The notes below the pieces were generated by a model that did not search any database, was not told the origin of the DNA, and saw only the letters and a program-made list of their open reading frames with translations. Shown here piece after piece: positions 1-10,111 of a DNA stretch of 64,000 nucleotides. Made by a program: the position numbers and the translations under genes. The DNA lies in assembly GCA_963748825.1 (NCBI GenBank), contig CAVVKN010000010.1, positions 64,001-128,000 of the forward strand, written 5' to 3'. How positions within the stretch are numbered: the first letter of the stretch is position 1; each line of letters begins with the position of its first letter. The stretch is from Methanotrichaceae archaeon (GTDB lineage Archaea > Halobacteriota > Methanosarcinia > Methanotrichales > Methanotrichaceae).

Positions 1-283
1 CGCCATCGAACTCAAAGTCGGAAAATTCCAGCCGGAATTCGTCGGCAAGATGCAATTTTACCTGACCGCACTGGACAGACAGGTGCGCATGGAAGGCGAA
101 AACCCCTCCATCGGCATCATCCTCTGCAAAGAGAAAAAACGCACTATCGTTGAATACGCCTTGAGCGATGCCGTAAAGCCGATAGGTGTCGCAACCTATC
201 GGATTTTCAAGAAATTGCCTGATGAACTCAAGGGACAACTCCCCAGCCCGGAAGAAATCGCTAAACTGCTGGAGGGAGAATGA
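1..283 (+). CDS. DUF1016/YhcG-family PD-(D/E)xK nuclease, C-terminal part (starts before the window)
   Basis: Frame is open from the window start: AIELKVGKFQPEFVGKMQFYL...ENPSIGIILCK...VEYAL...PIGVATY, the typical DUF1016 C-terminus. Confidence 0.9.
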   Translation, partial: AIELKVGKFQPEFVGKMQFYLTALDRQVRMEGENPSIGIILCKEKKRTIVEYALSDAVKPIGVATYRIFKKLPDELKGQLPSPEEIAKLLEGE

Positions 284-332
284 GGAAGATAAAAGTGAGA
301 GGTTTGAGTGAAAGCAAGACGAGGGTAGAAGT

Positions 333-360
333 TTCAAACTTCGCCATTCAAACTTCAAAC
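333..360 (+). repeat. Heptamer tandem repeat, TTCAAAC-type x4
   Basis: ttcaaac ttcgcca ttcaaac ttcaaac read directly. Confidence 0.7.
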
Positions 361-687
361 CTTCATCTGGGGTTGTGGATATGAGGTGGCCTTGCAATAA
401 GCTCGAATTGCTTGCTGCTGATGAGCCTTACTCTTTTGTCGGCGGTCCATTTGGCTCGAATCTTACTTTGCGTGATTATGTCGATGAGGGTGTTCCCGTC
501 ATTCGAGGGTCCAATCTAAACAATGGTCGTTTCCTGGACATGAACGAATTCGTTTATGTCTCTGATTCAAAAGTTCGCAAGGACTTGTCAAGCAATCTCG
601 CCAAGCCAGGTGACTTAGTATTCACACAGCGTGGGACCCTTGGCCAGGTAGCAATCATTCCCGTGGAAGGGGTATCGGATCGTTATG

Positions 688-2147
688 CATTGGTCATCGG
701 TTAAGCCCACCACTCAGCTCTAAAGCGTTCACGGTTGACGTGCGGATCAAGGGCTTGACTATCATAAACTCCTGCTATAGTTTCCAAAGTCCTTGTTATT
801 CCCATATATCGCAGAAGGAGCGTTAGCTGATCATCCGCATTTTCTGCGAAAATAATGCTCCACCTAAGCTGAGTAAATCTCACTATATTTTTACCTTTAT
901 GAATTTTTCTCACATTGAAATATGTTCTCCTGCTAACAAGAAGCGTTAAAATAGCAACCCAAATAATAGCTTCAATTATCTGAGGATTTTTTGTACCAAG
1001 GGCATCAAGTGCGTACCTGCTCTTCAGCTCTTTAAACATCAATTCGATATCCCACCGAGCTCCGTAAAGCTTTCCGATATCTTCAGGCTCAAGAATATCT
1101 GAATTAATATTAGTAATATATGTATGATATTTCTCATCTTCGTCATTGTAGATCGCAACAAGACGAAATCGATGTGTATCCGGTCTTCTTACTCCGTTGT
1201 AGGCTCTGCGCTTAAAGGAGACTTCAACATCTACATCTAAAATTTGTCTTTGAAGCTTCGGCAATACATCTTGGAGGTATGTCCCGCACACATCTATGCT
1301 CTGGCCTCTCCAGGCTCGATTTGCCTTTATAATTAACGGATTTGAGTTATCCTTTGATCGAGAGACAAAAAATCCACCGTTCTCAGCTATTCTTGCAAAT
1401 AGTTGATATTTATAGAAACCAAGATCGATAAGCAAAATTTTCCCTTTTATCCAGGGGCCGACTCTGATGGTCTTAAGCTCATTAGTGCGTTCTTTGTATA
1501 TAGAAATGCTTTCCGGGGTGTTTCCAACTGCACTGACAAGAACCGCGATCTTAAGGCCGGCAGCTTCTCCTTTGGATCGAGCAGCCGGATAGAGTTTGGC
1601 CAGACTTGTATGAAGCCGAACTATCGTACTATCCTGAATCAATACATCTTGGAACTTTACTAATTTTTTGTTAAGATTATGGCTTTGTTCTTTGGCAAGG
1701 TATTCAATTCCATGAATAACGCATGCTTTGAGAAAAGCAACGAGTTCTGGAGTAAAGCGGTAATACCAGCTACTATCGCTTAATTTCTCGTGAGCTTCTT
1801 TCTCATAACTTCGTTTCAGACTGGCTAGTGTTCTCTGAAGACGGACCCCAAAACTCAAAGTCAAAACCCAAAACATGACGACTGCATCTATCTTGCGTTC
1901 ACGTTTTATTAAACCAGTATCTATTGCGGTCTTCCTTAAAAATTCAGGCGAAAACATCGTGCATAGATCCTTCTCTATGAAGCTCTGCTCTGCTTTCGAG
2001 CAATCTGTTGCCATTTGCTACCCCTTCGAGGGGAGAATTAGATCACAGCACCTATATATAACTAAACTTGAAATAAAAATACCCTAAGTACAAAAAGGAT
2101 AATATTGTGCAACATCCATCCTAAATGTCCTTAACCGATGACCGATG
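688..2147 (-). mobile_element. IS4-family (ISH8-like) insertion sequence, 1460 bp
   Basis: 18-bp TIRs CATTGGTCATCGGTTAAG (688-705) and CTTAACCGATGACCGATG (2130-2147), 17/18 match; 10-bp target duplication GATCGTTATG at 678-687 and 2148-2157. Confidence 0.95.
701..2014 (-). CDS. IS4-family DDE transposase
   Basis: IQDST, LIDLGFY and YGARWDIELMFKELK (YREK motif); lies between the TIRs with its stop inside the TIR. Confidence 0.95.
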   Translation of the reverse strand: MATDCSKAEQSFIEKDLCTMFSPEFLRKTAIDTGLIKRERKIDAVVMFWVLTLSFGVRLQRTLASLKRSYEKEAHEKLSDSSWYYRFTPELVAFLKACVIHGIEYLAKEQSHNLNKKLVKFQDVLIQDSTIVRLHTSLAKLYPAARSKGEAAGLKIAVLVSAVGNTPESISIYKERTNELKTIRVGPWIKGKILLIDLGFYKYQLFARIAENGGFFVSRSKDNSNPLIIKANRAWRGQSIDVCGTYLQDVLPKLQRQILDVDVEVSFKRRAYNGVRRPDTHRFRLVAIYNDEDEKYHTYITNINSDILEPEDIGKLYGARWDIELMFKELKSRYALDALGTKNPQIIEAIIWVAILTLLVSRRTYFNVRKIHKGKNIVRFTQLRWSIIFAENADDQLTLLLRYMGITRTLETIAGVYDSQALDPHVNRERFRAEWWA

Positions 2148-3031
2148 GATCGTTATGTAGTTTCCCAGAGCCAAATGAAGATGACTGTTGACGCCACCAA
2201 AGCAGACCGATTCTTTCTGTACTACTATTTTTCCAGCCGTGAGGCCGTTGAGAGGATCGCTAACTTTGCATCCACCTCAGGAGTTCCCCATATCAACCTG
2301 ACCGTGTTGCGCAATTTTGAGGTTCCAGTCCCACCTTTGGAAATACAGAAGGCAATTGCCTCCATCCTCTCCGCCTATGATGACCAGATCGAGAACAACA
2401 GGCGGCGCATTCAGTTGCTGGAGCAGGCGGCGCGGCTGCTCTACAGGGAGTGGTTCGTGCGCCTGTGCTTCCCCGGCCACGAGCATGTCAGGATCAAGGA
2501 CGGGGTGCCGGAGGGGTGGGAGAGGAAGCAAGTCAAAGATATTCTTGGGAAGATAAGACGATCTGGAAAGATAAATCAGTCTGAATACCTGTTGCATGGG
2601 CCAATTCCATGTATTGATCAGTCACGAGATTTCATAGGTGGATATACTGATGATGAAGAGGCTGTCATTGATATAGGACAACCCGTGATAGTATTTGGCG
2701 ATCACACTCGAATCCTTAAGTTCGTAGATTTTCCATTTGCATGTGGTGCAGATGGAACGCAATTGATTATCTCAAATGACGCTGCAGTTTCACAGGAATA
2801 CCTATTCTTCGCATTAGATGCAACAGATCTATCAAACTATTTTTATGCAAGGCACTTTAAGTACCTAAAAGATCAGTTTATTCCAAGACCTGCGGATACA
2901 ATCATGACGCAGTTCACTGACATAATCCGTCCGACCATGAGGCAAATTAAATTGTTGAGAGACCATTGCTACGGTCTAGCTAGAGCCCGCGACCTTCTCC
3001 TGCCGCGGCTAATGAACGGAGAGGTGATAGT

Positions 3032-5340
3032 GTGATAAAGATGGTCGTCAAAATCAAAAATATTGGCCTATTCCGCCACGCTTGCCCGAAAGGGGCTGTG
3101 GTTTTTGATCAAACTACAGCAGTCTATGCCGACAATGCTATGGGCAAATCCACGTTTGCAACTGTTCTGAGGGCTTGTCAGATGTCGGATGCGACTCGGT
3201 TGGTGGCGAAGCGGACAATAGACGTCACCGACGAACCCGAAGTAGAACTGCTGCTTGATAATAATAAGTTGCGAAAATATGAAAACGGTGCTTGGATTGG
3301 CACGATTCCTGATATTTCAGTGTTCGACTCTGAGTTTGTAGAAAAGAATGTATACTCAGGATTCTCTGTACGAGCAGATCAAAGGCAAGGACTTCTTGAT
3401 TTTGCTCTTGGTGACACAATAATTCCAATGAAGAATCTCGTCGATAAATTGTCAAAAAAGATACAAAAACAAACAACTAATATTGGATATGCTGAGAAGC
3501 TACTACGAGGTTTTGCAGCACCTCTTGACTTGCAGCAGTTCATCGACCTTGAGCCTATCGCATATGCAGAGGAGCTAACCAGTGTATGCCAGACACGTAT
3601 TGGTGCAGCCAGGAATGCACAGATACTAATTGCAAGAAGCGATCCTACGGCTCTCAATCTAGTGGACTTTGACCTGCGTCCGATATTTAACGTTCTATCG
3701 CGACAATTAGCAGATATTGAAAATACAGCCGAGGCGACAGTGAAGGCCCATCTGGATAGACATGGTGTTGAAGGATTTGAGGATTGGATCAGCCAAGGCC
3801 AGCCATTCCTGGGTACTGTTGAATGTCCTTTCTGTGGCCAGAGTGTAACTAGCCAAGACCTTATAGCAGCTTACCGATCGTATTTCAATAAAGCTTACCA
3901 AGATCTAAAGGATGAAGTCACCAAATTAGAAACGAAGATAATGTCCTCATTTGCTGATTCAATTGCAGATTCGGCTGCTGCAATGGCCAGAACAAATGCA
4001 GCGAGAATAGATGCGTGGAAGGATCAGCTAGAAATTGATCCACCGAGATTAAATGGAGATGCCTTAAAAGAAATGTTGGTTAGTGTCCGCAATGTGTTGA
4101 TTCCTCTAGCTCAACGAAAACACGCCAACCCACTCGATGCAGTTGGAGCGTCGGAGGATGCTAAGGCTGCCGAGCAATACATCGCGGAGATCAATAAAGT
4201 GCTAACCGACTACAACTTGGTTTTAGCTGCAATTGCACAGAAAATCTCTGAATTTAAGAATGGGCTCAAAACAGAAGATACCAGAAAACTAGAAACAGAA
4301 CTTATTAGACTTCAAGCGTCGATCAAGAGACAAGGATCTGAGGTGGTACAGGCACATGCAGATTACCAGTCCGCAACCGCTAAAAAAAGGCGGCTAGAAC
4401 TGAAAAAGAGCGATACTCGTGAACAGATAGATGCGCGGATGCACGAAACGCTCACTAGTATCAAGAGAGCATCAATAGTATCCTTACGACATTTGGAGCT
4501 ACCTTCTTGATAAAAAACCTATCCACGGACTACCGAGGTAGGAGTGGCGAACCACGTTCCCAATACCGTCTTGGAGTAAGAAATCGAGAGGTGGAACTTG
4601 TCGGAGAATCGGATTTCTCATCCGGTCACAATTTTTCAACCACACTCAGCGAATCGGATAAGCGGACCCTCGCGTTGGCGTTCTTCATTGCCAAACTTGA
4701 ACATGATCAGGCTCTCGAATCGAAAATTATTGTTTTAGACGACCCTATGTCAAGCATGGACCGCAATAGACAATATCAGACGATACGTCGCATTGCCTCA
4801 TTAGCGATTAAATGCAAGCAACTCATCATACTGTCTCATGATGCGTATTTCTTACGCGATTTGCGGGATCGTCTCCGTGATCTGAAATCGGCTCCAATCA
4901 CGCTAAAGGTATTGGAAATCGCACGAGTAACAGATAACTATTCAGCCTTTTGCGATTGTAATCTCGATAAAAAATGCGAATCAGATTACTACCGCCACTA
5001 TCATATGGTCGCAGAATATGTAGATGGAACATCTTCCGCAAATATCCGTGACGTAGCAAAGGCAATTCGCCCTCTACTCGAAGGAAATCTCCATAGACGA
5101 TTTCCAAAGCATATCCCCCGAAATATGATGTTTGGGAAGATAATAGCGGATTACATCGCGCCTGCAACATCAGGGCCTTTTTCGCATTTGCACCAACATG
5201 TAGCAGAACTTCAAGAGATCAATGAATATGCGAGCCAGTTTCATCACGATACAAACACCTCCGCTGATTCGGTAAACGTAGTAGATGCTGAATTACTTCT
5301 GTTTGCTCGCAGATCTTTGAATATAATTTACGCAGGTTGA
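3032..5340 (+). pseudogene. RloC-like (AAA_13) ABC-ATPase/coiled-coil/zinc-hook protein with probable HEPN C-terminus; one frameshift at ~4457
   Basis: Walker A YADNAMGKST, CPFCG zinc hook, signature LSESDKRTLALAFF, Walker B VLDDPMSSMD, H-loop LSHD, C-terminal IRPLLE...NEYASQFHH. Adding one base at 4457-4458 joins the two ORFs (...ETLT-x-YQESINSILTTFG...) into ~769 aa. Confidence 0.8.
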
Positions 5341-8300
5341 CTATTGTGACCGCCTACACCGAAGACACCCTCGTTCAGCAGACCACAGCCGACTACCTGG
5401 AGCGCCTCGGTTGGCAGTCGGTTTACGCCTACAACAATGAGGACTTCGGGCCGAACAGCCTCCTGGGCCGCGCCTCGGACCGCGAGGTAGTGCTGACACG
5501 CACCCTGCGCCAGAAGCTGGCGGAACTGAACCCCGGCCTGCCCGATGCCGCCTACGACGACGCCCTGCGGCAGATCACCGCCACAGTCGCCTCGCAGACC
5601 CTGGCCGCCACCAACCGGGAGAAGTACGCCCTGATGCGAGAGGGCGTGCAGGTGACATTCAGAAATGACAGGGATGAGCTGGTGCGCCGGCGGCTGCGAC
5701 TCTTCGATTTCGACGAGCCGGACCAACAATCACTTCCTCTGCGTGCGTGAGCTCTGGGTGCATGGCGACCTCTACCGCCGCCGGGCGGACATAATCGGTT
5801 TCGTCAACGGCCTGCCGCTGCTCTTCATCGAATGCAAGAACATCCACAAAAACCTCAAGACCGCCTTTGAGAAGAACTTTTCCGACTACCTGGACACCAT
5901 CCCGCACATCTTCCACCACAACGCCATCGTCATGTTCGGCAATGGCGAGCAGGCCAAGATCGGCACCATCACCAGCCGTTGGGAGCACTTCCACGAGTGG
6001 AAACGCCTGGCCGAAAAAGAGCCGGGCGCGGTAAGCATGGAGACCCTGCTCAAGGGCATCTGCGACAAACGGAACTTCATGGACCTGCTGGAGAACTTCA
6101 TCCTCTTTGATGAGTCCAGGGGTGAGCCCAAGAAGATCCTCGCCAAAAACCACCAGTTCCTGGGCGTCAACCGGGCAATCGATGCAGTTCGTGATCGCAA
6201 AACAAACAAGGGCAAGCTGGGGGTCTTCTGGCACACCCAGGGCGCGGGCAAGAGCTATTCCATGGTGATGCTCACCCGCAAGGTCCATCGCAAGCTGGGC
6301 GGCAACTTCACCTTCCTGATGCTTACCGACCGCGACGACCTGGACACGCAGCTCTACAAGACCTTTGCCGGCTGCGGCGTGGTGGACAACGACCGCGACC
6401 CCTGCCGGGCCGCCAGCGGCGCCCACCTGAGCCGATTGCTGGCCGAGCACAAGTCCTACATCTTCTCGCTGATCCAGAAGTTCAATCAGAATGTGGACGC
6501 AAACGAGGGCTACACCCAGCGTGACGACATAATAGTAATCACCGACGAGGCGCACCGCACCCAGTACGGCACCCTGGCGCTCAACATGAGAAACGCTCTG
6601 CCCAATGCCAGCTTCATGGGTTTTACCGGCACGCCGCTTTTCAAGGACGATGAGATCACACGGCGGGTCTTCGGCGTTTACGTCTCGACCTATGACTTCC
6701 AGCGGGCGGTGGAGGACAAGGCTACTGTGCCGCTCTACTACGACGCCCGCGGCGAGAAGCTGGGCGTGGACATCGGCGACATCAACGAGCGCATCGCCAA
6801 GAAGCTGGAGGAGCTAGAGACCGACGACATCAACGTCGAACAGCGTCTGGAGAGGGAACTCAAGCGCGAATACCACATCATCACCGCAGACAAAAGGCTC
6901 GATCAGGTGGCCAGGGACTTTGTGCAGCACTACTCCACGGCGTGGGAGAATGGGAAGGTGATGCTGGTCTGCATAGACAAGGTAACCTGCGTGCGGATGT
7001 ACAACCTGATCACCAAGTATTGGGACGAACGCATCACCGAACTGGAGACGGGACTGTCCTCCACCGCTGACGACCAGGAGGAGATATACTTGCAGCGGCA
7101 GATCGACTGGATGCGGGAGACTCGGGCGGCAGTCGTGGTAAGCGAGGAGCAGGGCGAGGTCGACAAGTTCCGCAAGTGGGGTCTGGACATTACTCCGCAC
7201 CGCAGGCTCATCAAGGAAGGCATCGACCTGCCCGAGTCAATGCACAGCAAGCCCCAGTTCCGCAACATGCAGCGGATCGGCCTGGACGATGCATTCAAAG
7301 CGGATGAGCATCCGTTTCGCATCGCCATCGTCTGCGCCATGTGGCTGACCGGATTTGACGTGCCAAGCCTCTCCACGCTTTACCTGGACAAGCCTCTCAA
7401 AGCCCATACGCTGATGCAGGCCATCGCCCGCGCCAACCGTGTGAACGAGGGCAAGAATAACGGCCTGATCGTCGACTACTGCGGCATTTTAAAAAATCTG
7501 CGCAAGGCGCTGGCAACCTTTGCGGGTACCCGTTCGGACGAACCGGGCGGCGAGATCGATCCGGCCAGGCCGGAGGAAGAGCTTCTTGCCGATTTGGCCG
7601 AAACAATCGGCCTGGTGCGAGCTTTCCTTGACGAGCGAAGAGCATCGCTGGATGACGTTATCCAGAAGACCGGCTTCGAGCTCAATGCAGCCATCGTGGC
7701 GTGCAAGGAAGCGGCCAACGAGAATGATGAGACCCGCAAGCGCTTCGAGATTATGTGCCGGGAGGTCTTCAAGAAGTTCAAGGCCTGCATCAATGTTCAA
7801 GGCGTAAACGCCCACCGGGCTGATCGGGATGCTATTAACATCGTCTACAAGAAGCCTCCAGCAGGACCGCGAGCAGGCCGACATTACGGACATCATGCGG
7901 AAGCTGCAAAAGATTGTAGATGATGCAATTGGAGTGCACCCTCCTGGTCCTGACACCGAAGGGAAGGAGCCCTACGACATCAGCAAAATCGACTTCGATC
8001 GGCTCAAACTGGAGCTAGAGCGAAAACGGACAATGAACTCAACGGTCCAGAACCTTCGCCAGGCTGTAGAGAACCGACTGCAACGACTGTTGCAACAAAA
8101 TCCCCTGCGAACCGACTTCCAAAAACATTATGAGAAAATCGTTGAAGAATATAATCGTGAGAAGGACCAGGTGGAAATCGAGCAGACCTTTGAGGCATTG
8201 CTCAAGTTTGTCCAAGAACTCAATGACGAAGAAGGCCGGGCGGTTCGGGAAGAACTTAATGAAGAATCATTAGCGATCTTCGATCTGCTGAAGAAGCCGG

Positions 8301-8584
8301 ATCTAAAGGGTCCCGACATCAAGCGAATCAAAAAGGTTGCTGCTGAATTATTGGAAACGCTGAAGGAGGAGAAGCTCCGAATCGATCAGTGGCGCGACAA
8401 GGAAACGACCCGTGATGCTGTGCGCGTGACTATTCGGGACTTTTTATGGAATGACAAGACCGGGCTTCCAGTTGATCTGTATGGAGAAGATGATGTGGCC
8501 CAAAAGGCGGAAGATGTCTTCCGCCATGTCTTCTGGGCATACCCCACATTGCCATCGCCTTACTACGAAGCCGTAGTGGCATGA
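5337..8584 (+). pseudogene. hsdR: Type I restriction endonuclease subunit R, two +1 frameshifts (5721, 7852)
   Basis: RRADIIGFVNGLPLLFIECK nuclease motif, HTQGAGKS, DEAH, FTGTP, QAIARANR; removing G5721 and A7852 fuses three ORFs into ~1081 aa. Confidence 0.92.
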
Positions 8585-8891
8585 GTGGAAATAAGGGAAG
8601 AAATATTTGGGTATTTTTGCTTGCAAGGTTCTGGGCAAATGATCTTGTTTCCGAGGCTGCAGACCGCAAAATAGATGCGAGCTTTACGGGCAGAAGGAAG
8701 AGGAGATCAGAAATTTTATTTTTATCGCAATACTCCGATGCTTGCATCGAGGTATTGCGATGAAAACCATGATTACTTTTAGAAGTTTTATGAGTTTTCT
8801 AATATTTTATAACATAACAAAAAAATTTAAATAAGGATAATAACTCAGTACTAAAAATAGGTACATTGAAAAACTATTTAGGGTGATATAA

Positions 8892-9749
8892 ATGTCGTTT
8901 GTTCTGATCAAGGGAACCTTCCACGTGTTGGGCTACAGTCCTGATGGCGATTCAATTAGATTCAAGGCCAAAGACTCCTCTCTCTGGAAGAAGCTCTCCG
9001 GCCCAGCTGTGGAGCTGAATGCGCGGGGCCATGCACAGCTACGCATCGAGGCCGTCGATGCTCTGGAAACGCACTATCAGGGCTTTTGCCAGCCGAATAA
9101 ACCTGCCAGGGCCGCCACCCGCTACCTTCTCTCCCATATGGGAATTAATGAGGTCGTCTGGAATGAGACGCATAGCACTGTGGTCAAGGCCCAGGACGGT
9201 ACGGAGGGTTACATCCTGTCCCGCAGCACAGAGAGCAACCGCCGCCCGGTAGCCTTCGTCTTCGCAGGTGAGACAGAGGAGAAAGACGGAGCAGAGATCA
9301 CTCTGAATGAGTCGATTCTCAAAGAGAGCTATAACTACCGGCTCCTTGGTAGCGGCCTGGCCTATCCCATGTACTACAACGGCCTCTTCTCAGATCTGCG
9401 CCTTCCGTTGACAGAGGCTGTGACAAGCGCCCGAGCGGAAGGGAAGGGACTATGGCCAAACGACAAGACTACTCGGGGATTTTCCGTATCCAGCCTGAAG
9501 ACCATCACTGAAGAGGTGGCCATCCTCCCCAAGCTCTTCCGCCGCATTGTGGATTATATGGGGGATGGCGGCAAGATCGATGGCTTTAAAGAGCATCTTC
9601 AGAAAGGATGTGAGCCCTTAGTTCGGATACAGCAGGTCCACTTCACGAGGCTCGATGCCATTGTTGATGTGCGGGGAGAAAAGGTGAGGCTGGCCGAGGC
9701 GCCTGAGAATCTGATATTCATGGACAAGGTGCTGTGCAAGAAGAGCTGA
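8892..9749 (+). CDS. Thermonuclease/SNase-like nuclease
   Basis: PDGDSIRF and LRIEAVDALETH resemble the SNase DGDT and RLxGIDAPE motifs; LLGSGLAY and ARAEGKGLW match the SNase C-terminal pattern. Confidence 0.75.
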   Translation: MSFVLIKGTFHVLGYSPDGDSIRFKAKDSSLWKKLSGPAVELNARGHAQLRIEAVDALETHYQGFCQPNKPARAATRYLLSHMGINEVVWNETHSTVVKAQDGTEGYILSRSTESNRRPVAFVFAGETEEKDGAEITLNESILKESYNYRLLGSGLAYPMYYNGLFSDLRLPLTEAVTSARAEGKGLWPNDKTTRGFSVSSLKTITEEVAILPKLFRRIVDYMGDGGKIDGFKEHLQKGCEPLVRIQQVHFTRLDAIVDVRGEKVRLAEAPENLIFMDKVLCKKS

Positions 9750-9772
9750 TGCAGCTACCAGATGGACAAACG

Positions 9773-10100
9773 GTGACTTCCTCCCCACCCGAAAGGATGG
9801 GGCTTCCTTCGACGAACCGACGCGTATTTGTGACATTGAAGGGGCGCACATCCTGCCTTCACTTCATCACTGGAATTCTAGATCGTGTCATAGGAAGACC
9901 CCAAGCTCAGCCCGCCGGCGCAGGACTGCAAACAGATACTTCCCGTTCCTTTTTCTCGACTTGCCAATAACCCTGGCACAAGCGCCGCCCAAGCTGCATC
10001 CCTGCCGCCCCTCAGAACTCCAGACTTGTGGGCATTTCGGCCACGAGTGGCCACAGTGATCTCGCTCGATCGCAGCCCGGATAAGCAAGGATCTTCAGCA
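9773..10100 (-). mobile_element. Degenerate IS200/IS605 (tnpB) remnant with intact right-end hairpin
   Basis: Minus strand GGAAGCCCCATCC-TTTC-GGGTGGGGAGGAAGTCAC (translates EAPSFRVGRKS, typical TnpB tail/omegaRNA end); upstream decayed DAAW motif. Left boundary uncertain. Confidence 0.65.
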
Positions 10101-10111
10101 CACCTCATCTC

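Larger units (their letters stand above)
375..3035 (+). pseudogene. hsdS: Type I restriction-modification specificity subunit HsdS, interrupted by an IS
   Basis: GPFGSNL/GVPVIRGSNL/GDLVFTQRGTLG (TRD1), PPLEIQKAIASILSAYDDQIENN (central conserved region), ARARDLLLPRLMNGE (distal region). Removing 688-2157 gives a continuous 396-aa ORF reading ...GVSDRYVVSQSQMK... Confidence 0.93.

Noticed and set aside
5659-7956. Long antisense ORFs over hsdR (similar ones at 51519-52589, 55855-56895, 60832-61479)
   Set aside because: Shadows of GC-rich coding strands; no motifs
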